Made by a program: the position numbers and the translations under genes. A stretch of DNA of 64,000 nt from Isurus oxyrinchus (taxonomy: Eukaryota), in the NCBI GenBank assembly GCA_026770705.1, contig JANJGN010000012.1, positions 108,810,001-108,874,000 of the forward strand, in the 5' to 3' direction. Numbering within the stretch: the stretch's first letter is position 1; each line of letters opens with the position of its first letter. The notes below the pieces were generated by a model. That model ran no database searches and was not told where the DNA came from. It saw only the letters and a program-made list of their open reading frames with translations. Positions 36,756-48,688 of this stretch are shown here, piece after piece.

Positions 36756-39700
36756 CTGCAAAACAGCAATTTGCTTAGTCAAAACAGTCTGGTCACTTTG
36801 TGCTGTTCCACTTCTAGAATTATATTAGTATTCCACAATTGGAGATGCTGGAGCACTGACTAGCACGGTGAAGCACACGCTGGTCTTTCACTTCTTAAAC
36901 CTGGATAGCAATCCAACCCAGACCAACAGAATGAAAGTCTCATTGCTTTAGTGTTTGTAAGCGTCATATCTGAAATGAATTTAGGTTTGAGCTCCTAGTG
37001 GATAAGCCCTGAGATGGTGTCTTAGTTATGCTGCATCAAATTGCATTCTAATTGCCTGACCTGGAAATGTTCCACAGAGGCAAATATATATGTCCAACTA
37101 TTTTCCTTTATAATCATATTTAATGACTCCACATTTCATATTTACATCAGCTTTTTCATGAGCACTGATTGGAGGGAAATATAGCACTCTAAAAATAAGT
37201 TCTTCAGGGTTGCATGGGAGTTAAAATATTAAAAATCGCAAACCCAAATCCAACCCTTTGCAAACTTAAAGCCTGTTTTATTGGAGGTGAGACGAGGCCC
37301 GAATAACCAACTGTTAAATTTGGCATGACCTGAGAGATATCCGTTCACCCAGAAACCCGTTCTTCCAGATTTCCTGACTGCAAAACAACACCCTGCTGCC
37401 ACCACACCACCACCACCCCCCCACCACCCCCCACCCCCACCCCCACCCCCACCCGCCCAATGCCCTGCAACTCTCTTTTCAACTCCAAGCTATTATCAAG
37501 GCCATACATTCTGCAGAAAATGTACTTTTCTTATATAGGATCAGAAAGGCTACTGGTCTCTTCAACGTTTTACTTAAAGGATACATTTTTTCTAGTTGAT
37601 CGTCAGCCCTTAAACCTTTTTGTACCAGAAATCAGGAAAGTTGACAGCACCATATCCTACAATGAAGCTATCGAACTAGTTTATCAAATACTTATGCTTG
37701 GCCCTTAGCCAATAAATCATATATGTTTAAACTTGTCACAAGAGCATTTGCGTGTTATAGAGAACTGATCCCTAATGAACATTCTGGTTCAGGCAGGAAA
37801 ACATTAATTGTTGCCAGATTTAAAGGGAGGAGAGAGAAATAGAGAGCCCAAAGGGTTTAGGGTAGGAGCACCAGCAGTGGAGCCAAGGTGGCTGAAAACT
37901 GCCACTAAGGAATTTAGTGAAAACAGTGCAGCTCCCAAGGTTGGGACCAGAAGTGGGCCCCACTTCCACATGCATCTTGGTGGCAGAGGGGGCAGACATT
38001 TCCTGTCTGCCCCCACCATCACCAGATTCAACTGTAGATCGGGTGAGCTAGAAAAGGCTTGCCCCTCCAAGCGTCCAATTGCTGTAGGCAGGAAGGAGCA
38101 GGAGGCAGCTGGGGGGCAAGATATTCCAATTGCAATGCCTCTAAAGCATTGTTTCTGAAACCACAGACTGCACCCCCCCCTTTGCAGCTTTTGTCAATTA
38201 AGCTCCCTCGCTCCTCCCCTCTTCCCCCCGCTCCATCCCTTCTCTAAAACAACAATAGCAAGCATCTTCCGGGACCCCTTTCACTCCACTCTCTCCTCTG
38301 CAGCAGTCATCTTCTGGCATAAACATCAGTACCCCCATCCCCAGCAGCACCATGTCGGGTTCCAAGGCTCCCTGAAGATTCCACTCCAAGCTGTCCGGGA
38401 ACAGTGGGAGGTGCTCTTCCCAAAGGATGGCAATAGAAGATCCTCCCACTTTGACCAAGGCAGGCCTGAGCGGAGATTGTGGAGGAGATGAGCATCTGTG
38501 AGGTCCAGCAGTGGACATGGGTGCAGCGTCACAAAAGGGTCAACAACCTCCTCCAATCCGCCAGAGTAAATGGCAACGTGGTGTTGCATCAAAAGGCCTC
38601 TTGTGAACGTATCAAGCAATGGAACTTTGCAGGTGAGGAGAGAGAGGATAGGCTGGAAAATGCATGGTCATCCTCAGGATCGCATAGCACTTTAGACCAT
38701 GTGACAGTTGTGCTTGATAAGGTGATTGGGTACCAGTTAGAATGTGGGAAACGTATGTGGCAAGGGAATGCATGGGGACAAAGGAATTAGATGTCTCTTG
38801 ACATGCCACAAAGTCTCCACTTTGCTCATGCAGGATAAGATCAGCTTCAACTCCAATGGAAGGACCAAGGTGGGGAGAAGTGTTCCAAAGTTGAAAGTTT
38901 TGATGGCATGTAAGGAGGAAGTTTCAGAGGATCGAGGGGATGCAGGGCAGCTGTTCCACTGCGGACAGTGAGGCTAGATTAGCCAGGCAGTTGAGTGAGA
39001 ATGCCTCCAACCTGGTGTTAAGATATGGGCACACAAGGGACATGTATGAAACTGTGGTGTCCTGATAGACTGTCCTTCTCCTTAATGTCCTTCTTTCTGT
39101 TCGTCACTTCAGGTCATTGCCATAGGGTGCAAAGGTCCCCGCCCATTGAACAAAGTGACGACTCCAATTCTGGGGATGGTGACCAACAATATTTAGATGA
39201 TGCACTGTCATCTGCCCCTCCGTCATCATTTAGTCACACGGATCTCAGATGGTGCATGTGTAGAATCAGGGTCACAGACATGTGTCAGCAGCTGAGGAAG
39301 GTTGTGTCAGCTGAGGTCACTAACAGTGGGATAACTGATGGATTAGGCCCATGATAAACCCCAGGCTGATAATGGTCCTCTGATCTCAGCCAAAATAAGT
39401 CTATGGGAGATGCAGAGACAAGCAGGGGAAACTCTGGCAGAGGTGCCAGAGGCTAAGCAGAACCTTGGGCAGAGAGTGAAGGAGTTCAGCCAAGCCTCGA
39501 GTTCTGCCATGGCTCCGGCATGTGAGCTTCCTCCATGGAGTGGTTGCCGACTGCCATAGAGAGCCAGGTCTAACATACGACTCATATACACTCAGACCTA
39601 CATTCTGTCACTCAGACACCATGGACTCTATACATCAGTGGCTAGGCGAGAGGAGCATGAGGCACCTGGACCTCCCACCAGGCACCCCTTCTGCTCAGGG

Positions 39701-40019
39701 TTACAGAGAGGTGCCATTGCACACCGAGAGCGAGGGGGAGCACCAGCCAGCCACACCGAGATTGTTCTCTCAGGGCGCTCGCAGGTTGAGCGGCTGCTCC
39801 AGTAGGCAGGGCCAAAGGGGGTGCCTTTACACCCGTGCAGGAGACCCCAAGTAGGCTGGAGCCCTCAAGGCCTCGGCTGCTAAGGTGATCGCATGCAATG
39901 GGGCTTTGTTCACAGCAGGCTGCCCTCAGCTGTGGATGTTGGGGTTGCACACCAAGGCAGAAAAGGAAAGTTAAAACATTTTTAGGGCATAATGGTGGCA
40001 CAGGTATTCAGACAATGTA

Positions 40020-40436
40020 CAAGGGCACCACATCCACAAACATTCACTCCCTCCACCACTGATGCACAGTAGCAGCAGTGTGTACCATCTATAAGGTGCA
40101 CTGCAGGAATTCATCAAGGCTCCTTAGACAGCACCTTCCAAACCCACGACCACTACAATCTAGAAGGACAAGGGCAGCAGATAGATGGGAACACCATCAC
40201 CTGGAAGTTCCCCTTCAAGTCACTCACTATCCTGACTTGGAAATATATCACCGTTCCTTCACTGTCGCTGGGTCAAAATCCTGGAACTCCCTTCCTAATA
40301 GCACTGTGTGTGTACCTACACCACATGGACTGCAGCAGTTCAAGAAGGCAACTCACCACCACCTTCTCAAGGGCAACTAGGGATGGGCAATAAATGCTGT
40401 CCCAGCCAGCGAAGCCCAAATCCCATGAATAAAAAG
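40020..40436 (+). mobile_element. LINE family B 3' fragment
   Basis: CTIYKVHCRNSSRLLRQHLPNPRPL...SFTVAGSKSWNSLP...FKKATHHHLLKGN plus tail. Confidence 0.85.
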
Positions 40437-41384
40437 AAGTTCTTCACATATGTAAAGGTTCATATCATATTTGTTTCACTTGATCATGTGCATTTTTTAG
40501 TATGTATGAATTCAGACGGAATATTGTACTATCATGTTTCATGGTTGGCAATCATTGATAAATGAAAGCTACTGAGAGAAATCTCACATGTAGTGGCAAC
40601 ATTGTCGCAATGTGTTCACATTCAGTGTTTATTGCATGGTCAAATGTGCAACTTCATTTGTATTCTCAAGGCATTGCAATATGACTGAATATGCTACCTG
40701 TGGTGGTCCTTCCAAATATGCCGTGCTAAGGAGAGTGGCTGAAGTTACTTGCTGCTATGATAAGATATGTGCTGTTTGTGTACTCATGGCCATGTCACTG
40801 TGGGCAAGGATCAAGAAACTCACTCATAATAGCTTCAGTGACTTACTTGCAAGTGCAAAACCTACATCCTGGAGTCAGTCTTATCTTTTGATTTTGTGCA
40901 ATAAACATCCACTTCCCTTGACTTTTTAGGGGGTAGAGGACAAGGGTAGTGAGGTAGCTCTTGGTGGAGGGTGACAGAGATGGATGCACATTCAAAGCAT
41001 GCAATGATTTGCAGACCATGTACTGCTGATCAGGTAGGTGCCTCATTCCTGTACAAATCAATTAAATAAGAGCAGATCTCTGATAGCACTGGCACTTCTC
41101 TCCATTGCCCTGGCACCTTGGAAAGGGTGATTTCTTGAGCCTCTTCCTCATATTTCTCTCTGTTATCCCCATCTGAGGAGGAGAGCAGCTCCTCCATGTC
41201 CTTGTCCGGTAATTCCTCTCCTCATTGCAATGCCACATTGTGCAACACACAGCAGACCACGACAATTCTGGATACGCTAGGTCTGCAGCACGTATTGCAA
41301 TGCTCCGCTAGATTGTGCAGGCAGCAGAAGCACATTTTCAGCAAGCCAATGGTCTGCTCTACAATTGTTCTGGTCAGGAGCTGA

Positions 41385-42637
41385 GTGGTCTGCCAAGGCC
41401 ACTCAGCTCCTGACCTCATTACAGCCTTGGTTCAAACATGGGCAAAAGAGCTGAGCTCCAGAAGGGTCATGAGAATGACTGCCCTTGACATCAAGGCCGA
41501 TTTTGACCAAGTGTTGCATCAAGGAGCCCTATCAAAACTGGAGCCAATGGGAATCAGGGGAAAGCTCTCTGCTGGTTGGAGTCATACATACACAAAAGAA
41601 GATGGTTGTGGTTGTTGGAGGTCAATCATCTCAGTTCCAGGATATCACTGCTGGAGTTCCTCAGGGTAGTGTCCTAGGCCCAACCATCTTCAGCTGCTTC
41701 ATCAATGATCTTCCTTCCATCATAAGGTTAGAAGTGGGGAAGTTCACTGATGATTGCAGAATGTTCAGAACCATTTGTGACTTGTCAGATACTGAAGCAG
41801 TCCCATGTCTAAATACAGCAAGACTTGGACAATATCCAGGCTTGGACTGACAAGTGGCAAATAACATTCACACCACACAAGTGACAGGCAATGACCATCT
41901 TCAACAAGAGAGAATCTAACCATCGCTCCTTGACATTCAATGGCATTGTCATCCCTGAATCCCTCACTATCAACATCCTCGGGATTACAGTTGACCATAA
42001 ACTGAACTAGACTAGCCATATAAATACTGTGGCTACAAGAGCTGGTCAGAGACTAGGAATCCTGCAGCGAGTAACTCACCTCCTGACTCCCCAAAGCTTG
42101 TCCACCATCTACAAGGCACAAGTCAGGAATATGATGGAATACTCTCCACTGACCTGGATGAGTGCAGCTCCAAAATCACTAAGAAGCTTGACAGCATCCA
42201 GGACAAAGCAGCCAGCTTGATTGGCACCCCATCCACAAAGATTCACTGCATCCAGCACTGTCGCACAGTTACAGCAGTGTGTACCATCTACAAGATGCAG
42301 TTCAGCAACTCATCAGACTCCTTAGACAGCACCTTCCAAACCCACGACAGCTACCATCTAGGACAAGGGCAGCAGACACATGGGAACAACACCACGTGGA
42401 AGTTCCTCTCCAAGCCATTCACTATCTTGACTTGGAAATATATCACCTTTCCTTTACTGTCACTGGGTCAAAATCCTGGAACTCCCTTCATAACAGCACT
42501 GTGAGTGTACCTACACCAAATGGACTGCAGCCGTTCAAGAAGGCAGCTCACCACCATCTTCTCAAGGGCAACTAGGGATGGACAATAAATGCTGGCCCAA
42601 CCAGCAATGCCACATCCAATGAATGAATAAAAGAAAA
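41385..42637 (+). mobile_element. LINE family B (CR1/L2 group), RT to 3' end
   Basis: RT motifs ALDIKADFD, GVPQGSVLGPTIFSCFINDL, FTDD; IYKAQVRNMMEYSP. Confidence 0.9.
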
Positions 42638-43816
42638 TCCATGTGCTGCCTTCCAACACTCCCCCACAAGGCTGTGGGGATGATGGAGGGAATAGCCCTT
42701 GTCACCCAGGAGGGGCCTCATGTGGCTCTCGGAGCTAGGAGTTGCGTAAATGAAAACTCCCTGGGAAAAAAGCAAAGACCTGAGTAATTTATTTCTGTGG
42801 TTGCAGGCTATTTAAGGGAGTGAAAGTTCTTGTTTCACAAATGCAGCTGGTTGTTCCCAGGGAGTTCAAATGGCCACACAAGTGCAGTCAATCACCCTCT
42901 GACTCCCCAAACTTGTCCACTATCTACAAGGCACAAGTCAGGATTGTGATGGAATACTCTCCAATGGCCTGGATGAGTGCAGCTCCAAAATCACTCAAGA
43001 AGCTTGACCCTGTGGGAATCACACTGCTCTTGTGACTTGGCATTGGTTGTGAACTGAATGCCCCTTCTGAATGAGTCACTGGCACAGAAATTCAATGCCA
43101 CAGTCACCTTGAGGGCAACTGGCAAAGGGTTCTCTCCAAATCCATGGAGCTGCAGGGTTTATTGAAGGAGCGTGCACTGGTCAGTGACTGCCTCCCAGGA
43201 AAGCCTGAGCCATCTCCGGCACTACCTGTCAGACATTTGAAGGTAGTTGGTACGCGGTCTGAGCATGCGCTGACACGCCAATGCTCATCGATGATGATGA
43301 CAGCTGTGGTTACCTCCGTCCTGACCTCCTCTCCCTTGGCTGGTGTCAGCTGATGGTCTTGTGGCTTATTTTGTTGTTTGGTGACAGCTCTCCTCTGACT
43401 TTATTTCAAGAGCTTTCAACATGGGGAAACCCAAATTTTGGCTCCCACCTAATTAAGTCCTCCCCCCAACCTGCCTCGTTTCCAACTCCCAGAGGCCCCA
43501 TTAAATTCCAATCTAAGGGTGAGGAGTGGTGGGGGGACCTAAGGAGGAGAGGGACAACACAAAAAGTCAAGGTTAAATAACTAAATTACGTGGGTGTGGG
43601 GGCAGGGGTAGATATAAAGCTGGAGGAGACAGTGGAGATGGGTAGAGATGCAATGTTTCAGCTTAATAAATTGGAGGATTCAGTGTGAGGATGGGGAATG
43701 ATGGAACTGTGTGGAACAGGATATGTGTGGCTCCATTTATAAATGTAAAAGACATAAGTAAAGGTCCCTATTAAAAAGATAGGTTTAATGAAAATCTGTT
43801 GTCGCAGTTTCCTCAC

Positions 43817-43995
43817 CATGTTGAATGATTCCATGTTCAAGCTCTCTACAGCAGAGCTCCACTGCTTCCGTCCTCGATGAAGCTTCCCCCTCTTTTATTA
43901 GCCAGTCAATGATGTCACAGCTAACCATGGCACGCTGGTACTTCACTCCATTTTCTTCTTGTATTTTCATGATTGCATCCTCAGAATTTATAAGT
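43817..43995 (-). CDS. DEPTOR: DEPTOR exon, DEP2 N-part (179 bp)
   Basis: LINSEDAIMKIQEENGVKYQRAMVSCDIIDWLIKEGEASSRTEAVELCCRELEHGIIQH; gacag acceptor, gtgag donor; phase 2-1. Confidence 0.92.
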
Positions 43996-46047
43996 CTGTC
44001 AATGTGTAGAGATATAAAAATCCTGAAATGAATATAGTTTGGAAGCTAGGACATTCTAGACCACTCTACTAATGGGCATCAACATCACCTTGTGCTAACC
44101 TGATAGAAAGCATGAATTCAACAAGCACAATAGGCAGGCCCATTAATCGTTGCTCTTCTGGCTGGGCTTCAAATACCACCAAGCCCAAAACATATTAAGC
44201 AATCTCCTGCAATCTGGAATGTGTGTGCCCATAAAAAATAAACCCACTTATCAGTCTGAGCTAGCTTCTGCGTATCTGCAATACATAAAAGATGAAGGGA
44301 CACCATTAATCGCCCTTCATGCAAACATAAACGTCACCAAATAAAGAAATAAATGGATATATCAGCAGTATTTACTGTGATTTTACAAGCCTCCAAAGTA
44401 CTGACTTTATTATTTGGTAGTTAGAATTATAGAATGATACAACACAGGAGGAGGCCATTCAGCTCATTATGCCTGCGGCAGATTTTGGTAGAGCTTTCCC
44501 TCAACCCTGCTCTTTCTGCATGGCCTTGAATATTTTTCCTTCAAATATTTACCCAATTCTCTTTTGAATGTTACTATTGAATTGGCTTTCACCACATTTT
44601 CAAGCAGTGCATTCCAGATCACAGCAAATCGCTGTGTAAAAAAATGCTTCCTCATGGTTCTTTTGCTCATTAATTGTGTGTCCTCTGGTTACTGGAAACC
44701 ATTTCTCCTTCTTTATTCCTATCAAAAATGTTCATGAATTTGAGCACCTCAGATTAACTCTTAACCTTCTTTGCTATAAGGATAATAAACACAGCTTCTC
44801 CAATCTCTCCACATAACTGAAATCCCTCATCTCTGGTACCATTCCAGTAAATCTTTCTTGTACCCTTGGCAGGTCCTTGACATCCTTCCTAAAGTGTGGT
44901 GCCCAGAAATGAACATAAAACTCCAAAAGAGACTAAACAGTTATTTCATAAATGTTTAGCATAGCTTCCTTGCTTTTGTACTCTATTCCTCTAGTAATAA
45001 AACCAAGGATCTATAGGCTATTTCTGGCAGCCTTCTCACCTTGTCCTGCCATCTTCAAAGATTTGTGTACATATATCCCTAAGACCACTTTGTTCTTGCG
45101 CCCCCTTTAACATCGTACCATTTAGTTTATATTGCTTCTCCTCATTCTTCCTACCAAAATGCAACACTTCACATTTCCCAGTGTTAAATTTCATCTGCTT
45201 TGTCTGCTATCTGCTATCCATTTCACCAATTTATGTCCTTCCATAGTCCTTTACTATCTTACAGATAGATTTTTGGTCTCTCAGGGAATGAGCAGGGAGG
45301 TGGAACTGATCAAGCCCAAGATTAGCTATAATCATACTGAATGGCAGAGCAGGCTTGACAGACCATATGGTCTACTCCTGCGCCTACTTCTTGTGCTCTT
45401 GTGTTCCTCATCACTTATTACATTTCCCACTCACAAGGAAAAAACATTCAGACCATCGCTCTTATTTCCCAGTTTTTACTGGTCTTCTGTTTTAAGTTAT
45501 ACAAGACCAGTTCAGACCAGTATTATTTCCCTTTTTTTACTGTTTTTTTCATTCTGGGCAGTTTTGTATCATTTGCAAATTTTTGAAATTATGCTATGAA
45601 AACCCAGTCTAAGCCATTAATAAATAGCAAAGAGATCAGTGGTCCTTCCGATTCCTGGGGAACATCACTGTATATTTCCCTGCAGTCTTGAAAACAATTG
45701 TTCAGCACTGCTCTTTTTTCTGTCCCTTAGCCAATTTTGTACTCCTGCAGCCATTGTCCCTTTAATCCCATGGACTTTCATTGTACTAATAAGTCTATGC
45801 TGTGGTACGTTGTCAAAGTGCCTCAAACGCCTTTTGAAAGTGCATATAGACAACGTGAACCACATGATGTTCATCAACCTTTCCACCACTTCACCAAAGA
45901 ACATAATCAAGGTAGTCAAACATGATTAGACTTTAATAAAACCAGAGATAAAAACAAGACAAAACTGCGGATGCTGGAAATCCAAAACAAAAACAGAATT
46001 ACCTGGAAAAACTCAGCAGGTCTGGCAGCATCGGCGGAGAAGAAAAG

Positions 46048-46086
46048 AGTTGACGTTTCGAGTCCTCATGACCCTTCGACAGAACT
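46048..46086 (-). ncRNA. Minimal hammerhead motif (CUGUCGA variant)
   Basis: Exact reverse complement of 180-218. Confidence 0.7.
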
Positions 46087-46223
46087 TGATTTCGAGTCCA
46101 AGAAAGAGTTGAAATATAAGCTGGTTTAAGGTGTGTGTGTGGGGCGGAGAGATAGGGACTCTCCGCCCCACACACACACCTTAAACCAGCTTATATTTCA
46201 ACTCTTTCTTGGACTCGAAATCA

Positions 46224-46262
46224 AGTTCTGTCGAAGGGTCATGAGGACTCGAAACGTCAACT
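46224..46262 (+). ncRNA. Minimal hammerhead motif (CUGUCGA variant)
   Basis: Identical to 180-218. Confidence 0.7.
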
Positions 46263-46419
46263 CTTTTCTTCTCCGCCGATGCTGCCAGACCTGCTGAGTT
46301 TTTCCAGGTAATTCTGTTTTTGTTTTAATAAAACCATGCTGGCTTTCATTTCTTAGCTAATACATTTCTAAATGACAATTAATTTTGTTCCCAATTTTTG
46401 GCTCTAAAAAGATTGTGCA

Positions 46420-46760
46420 GGGAAGATGGTGGCATAGTGGTAATTTCACTGGACTAGTAATCCAGAGGCCCAGGTCTATGCTCTGGGGACTTGTGTTCAA
46501 ATCCCACTATAGTAGCTGGTGAAATTTAAATTCAATTAATAACTCTGGAATACAAAGCTAGCCGCAGTCATGGTGGCCATAACATTGATTGTTGTAAAAA
46601 CCCATCTGGTTCACGGGTGCCCTTTAGGGAAGGAAATCTGCCATCCTTACCCAGTCTGGCCTACATGTGACTCAAGGCCCATAGCAAAGTGGTTGACTCA
46701 ACTGTTGCCTGCAATGGCCTAGCAAGCCACTCAGTTCAAGGGCAATTAGGGATGAGCAAG
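46420..46760 (+). mobile_element. tRNA-derived SINE (family B partner)
   Basis: A box tggcatagtgg, B box gttcaaatc; homologous to 12200-12622. Confidence 0.78.
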
Positions 46761-46786
46761 CTTGGCAGCAGCACACAAAGAATAAA

Positions 46787-46903
46787 GGGTGGAATTTTAC
46801 GCTGGCAGGATTTTACAATCCCACCAAAGGCAGTGGACTTTTGAATGGCTCACCACATTTAACGGCTTTGCCTCCAGTGCAAAGGGGCCATAAAATTCTG
46901 CTC
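46787..46903. mobile_element. 117-bp Harbinger-type MITE
   Basis: TIRs gggtggaatttta / taaaattctgctc followed by TAA. Confidence 0.6.
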
Positions 46904-47594
46904 TAAGAAAGTTTCCCCACCCACAACACCAGGCAGTAGTTCCAGGTTTTATCCTTTTTTTAGTCAGGTGTGCAACAGTTACAATCCTCTAATCCTGTGG
47001 CACCACTCCAATATCCAAGGAAGATTAATTGTCACATTGCAGTCAGAGCATCTGTAATTTCCACCGTTACTTCCCTCAATAACCGAGGATGTTTCCTATT
47101 CAGACTATTCATACCTTTTCTACTTGGAGGACTGCCAACATTTAAGTATCTCCTCTATCTATTTTTATAATATTTAATATTGCTACTGCTTCCTCTTTGA
47201 CAGCTACACTGGTGGCATTCTCTTCTTTAGTGAAGTTGGATGCAAAGTACTCATTTAGTACCTCAGCCATGTACTCTACCTCCACAAGATCATCTCCTTT
47301 TTGGTCCTTAATTGGCCTCACCCTTCTTTTGTCTACCCTTTTCCTATTTATGTGCTTATAAAGGTCTTTTGTGTTTCCTTTTACGTTAGCCATTTAACCT
47401 ACTCATACTTTCTCTATGTCCCTCTCAATCCCTTTTCTTAGATCTCCCCTGCACTTTCTATATTCAGCTTGATTGCCTACTGCATTATTAGCTTTGCAAT
47501 GGTCATAAGCCTCATTTCCGAGTCTCATTTTAATTGCTGTATCTTTAGTCATCCACGGAGCTCTGGCTTTGGATACCTTTCCTTTCCCAAAATT

Positions 47595-48026
47595 AAGAAA
47601 GAACTTGCAGTTATAGAGTATCTTTCACAAACTCTGGATGTCACAAAGCATTTTACAGCTAATGAGGTAACTTTCAAGTGTAGTTACTGATTTGATGTAG
47701 GAAAATGCAACAGCCAAGTTACATCCAGCAAGATCTGAGAAAACAGCAATGAGATAATAATCAGATGATCTGTTTTAGCAATATTGGTTGAGGAATAAAT
47801 ATTGGCAAGACACCTGGAGAACTCCCCTGTTCTTCATTGAATAGTGCCACGGGATCTTTTACATGCAACGAGGAGGCAGAGAAGCCTTAGTTCAACATCT
47901 CATAAATAAGCCAGCACCTCTGACAGTGCAGCACTCACTTCATACTACATTTTGAGGTGCAACATGAACCCATTATCTTCTGATTAAGAAGTTAGAGTGC
48001 TATCACTGAGTCAAGGCTGACACCAT
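47595..48026 (-). mobile_element. DeuSINE copy
   Basis: Reverse-complement similarity to 10890-11312. Confidence 0.72.
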
Positions 48027-48564
48027 TAAGGGAACATTTGCTTTCATCTTTTAATGGTGATAGGGTTCTGAGGAAATTTCAATCTGTCTTTTTTACAAGT
48101 GGTAATGGACTACCGTGTACTTCTAACATTTCAGTTTTAATTTCAGATCTCCAGCATTTGAAATTTTCTCTTCAATAATTACTAAATGTAAAATTCTTCA
48201 TGGGCATTGAGCACATACATGAGGATGCTTAGAAGAAAATTTGTTATAACATTTTTATTTATTAAGTATCAAGAGGCAAAGTTACTTTGTAATATTTTCA
48301 AGTAAGGCTGATATTTTTTCATGAATTGCAATATCTGAATTTGAAAAATGAACATTCTCCCAAATTAGGAAGCTAAAGAAGGCACTAGACTGGACCAATC
48401 TAACTGGAATCAGTTTGTCTCATCTAGTTAGGGTTGACATTCAGCCACTACCTTGCAAAATAACTACTGTAATTGTAAAGCTCATTGACCTGACACTGAA
48501 GGATATCAAAATGAGATAGACAGATTGCAGAGGCAGATATGTAAGGGCTTTGTAAGCAACTCAC

Positions 48565-48688
48565 TTTTCATATAAACTTTGGCCCCTCATAAACACCTTC
48601 ACTTCCTTATTTAATGGGAATGTTCCATCATCTTTTCGGAATCTGTACAGCAGTTTTGCATCCTTAAACTCTGAATGTCCATCACAAA
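48565..48688 (-). CDS. DEPTOR: DEPTOR exon, DEP1 C-part (124 bp)
   Basis: (V)CDGHSEFKDAKLLYRFRKDDGTFPLNKEVKVFMRGQSLYE(K); tttag acceptor, gtgagt donor; phase 1-2. Confidence 0.94.

Larger units (their letters stand above)
37930..43510. mobile_element. Degenerate Harbinger element with nested LINEs
   Basis: Myb relic on + at ~38350-38570; transposase relics on minus (TRTIVEQTIGLLKMCFCCL ~41320-41380, LLGDKGY ~42690-42712, PVALKVTVALNF ~43088-43125); boundaries approximate. Confidence 0.65.
45945..46323. mobile_element. Palindromic PLE insertion, ~165-bp arms, 7-nt spacer
   Basis: ggggcggagag-ataggga-ctctccgcccc at 46141-46169; 13-bp TSD tttaataaaacca at 45932-45944 and 46324-46336; left arm has ~39 extra nt. 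Confidence 0.93.
44424..47590 (-). mobile_element. Fragmented CR1 LINE with several nested insertions
   Basis: RKHFFTQRFAVIWNAL, FDNVPQHRLISTMKVHGIKG, MAEVLNEYFASNFTKE in minus ORFs. Confidence 0.8.
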
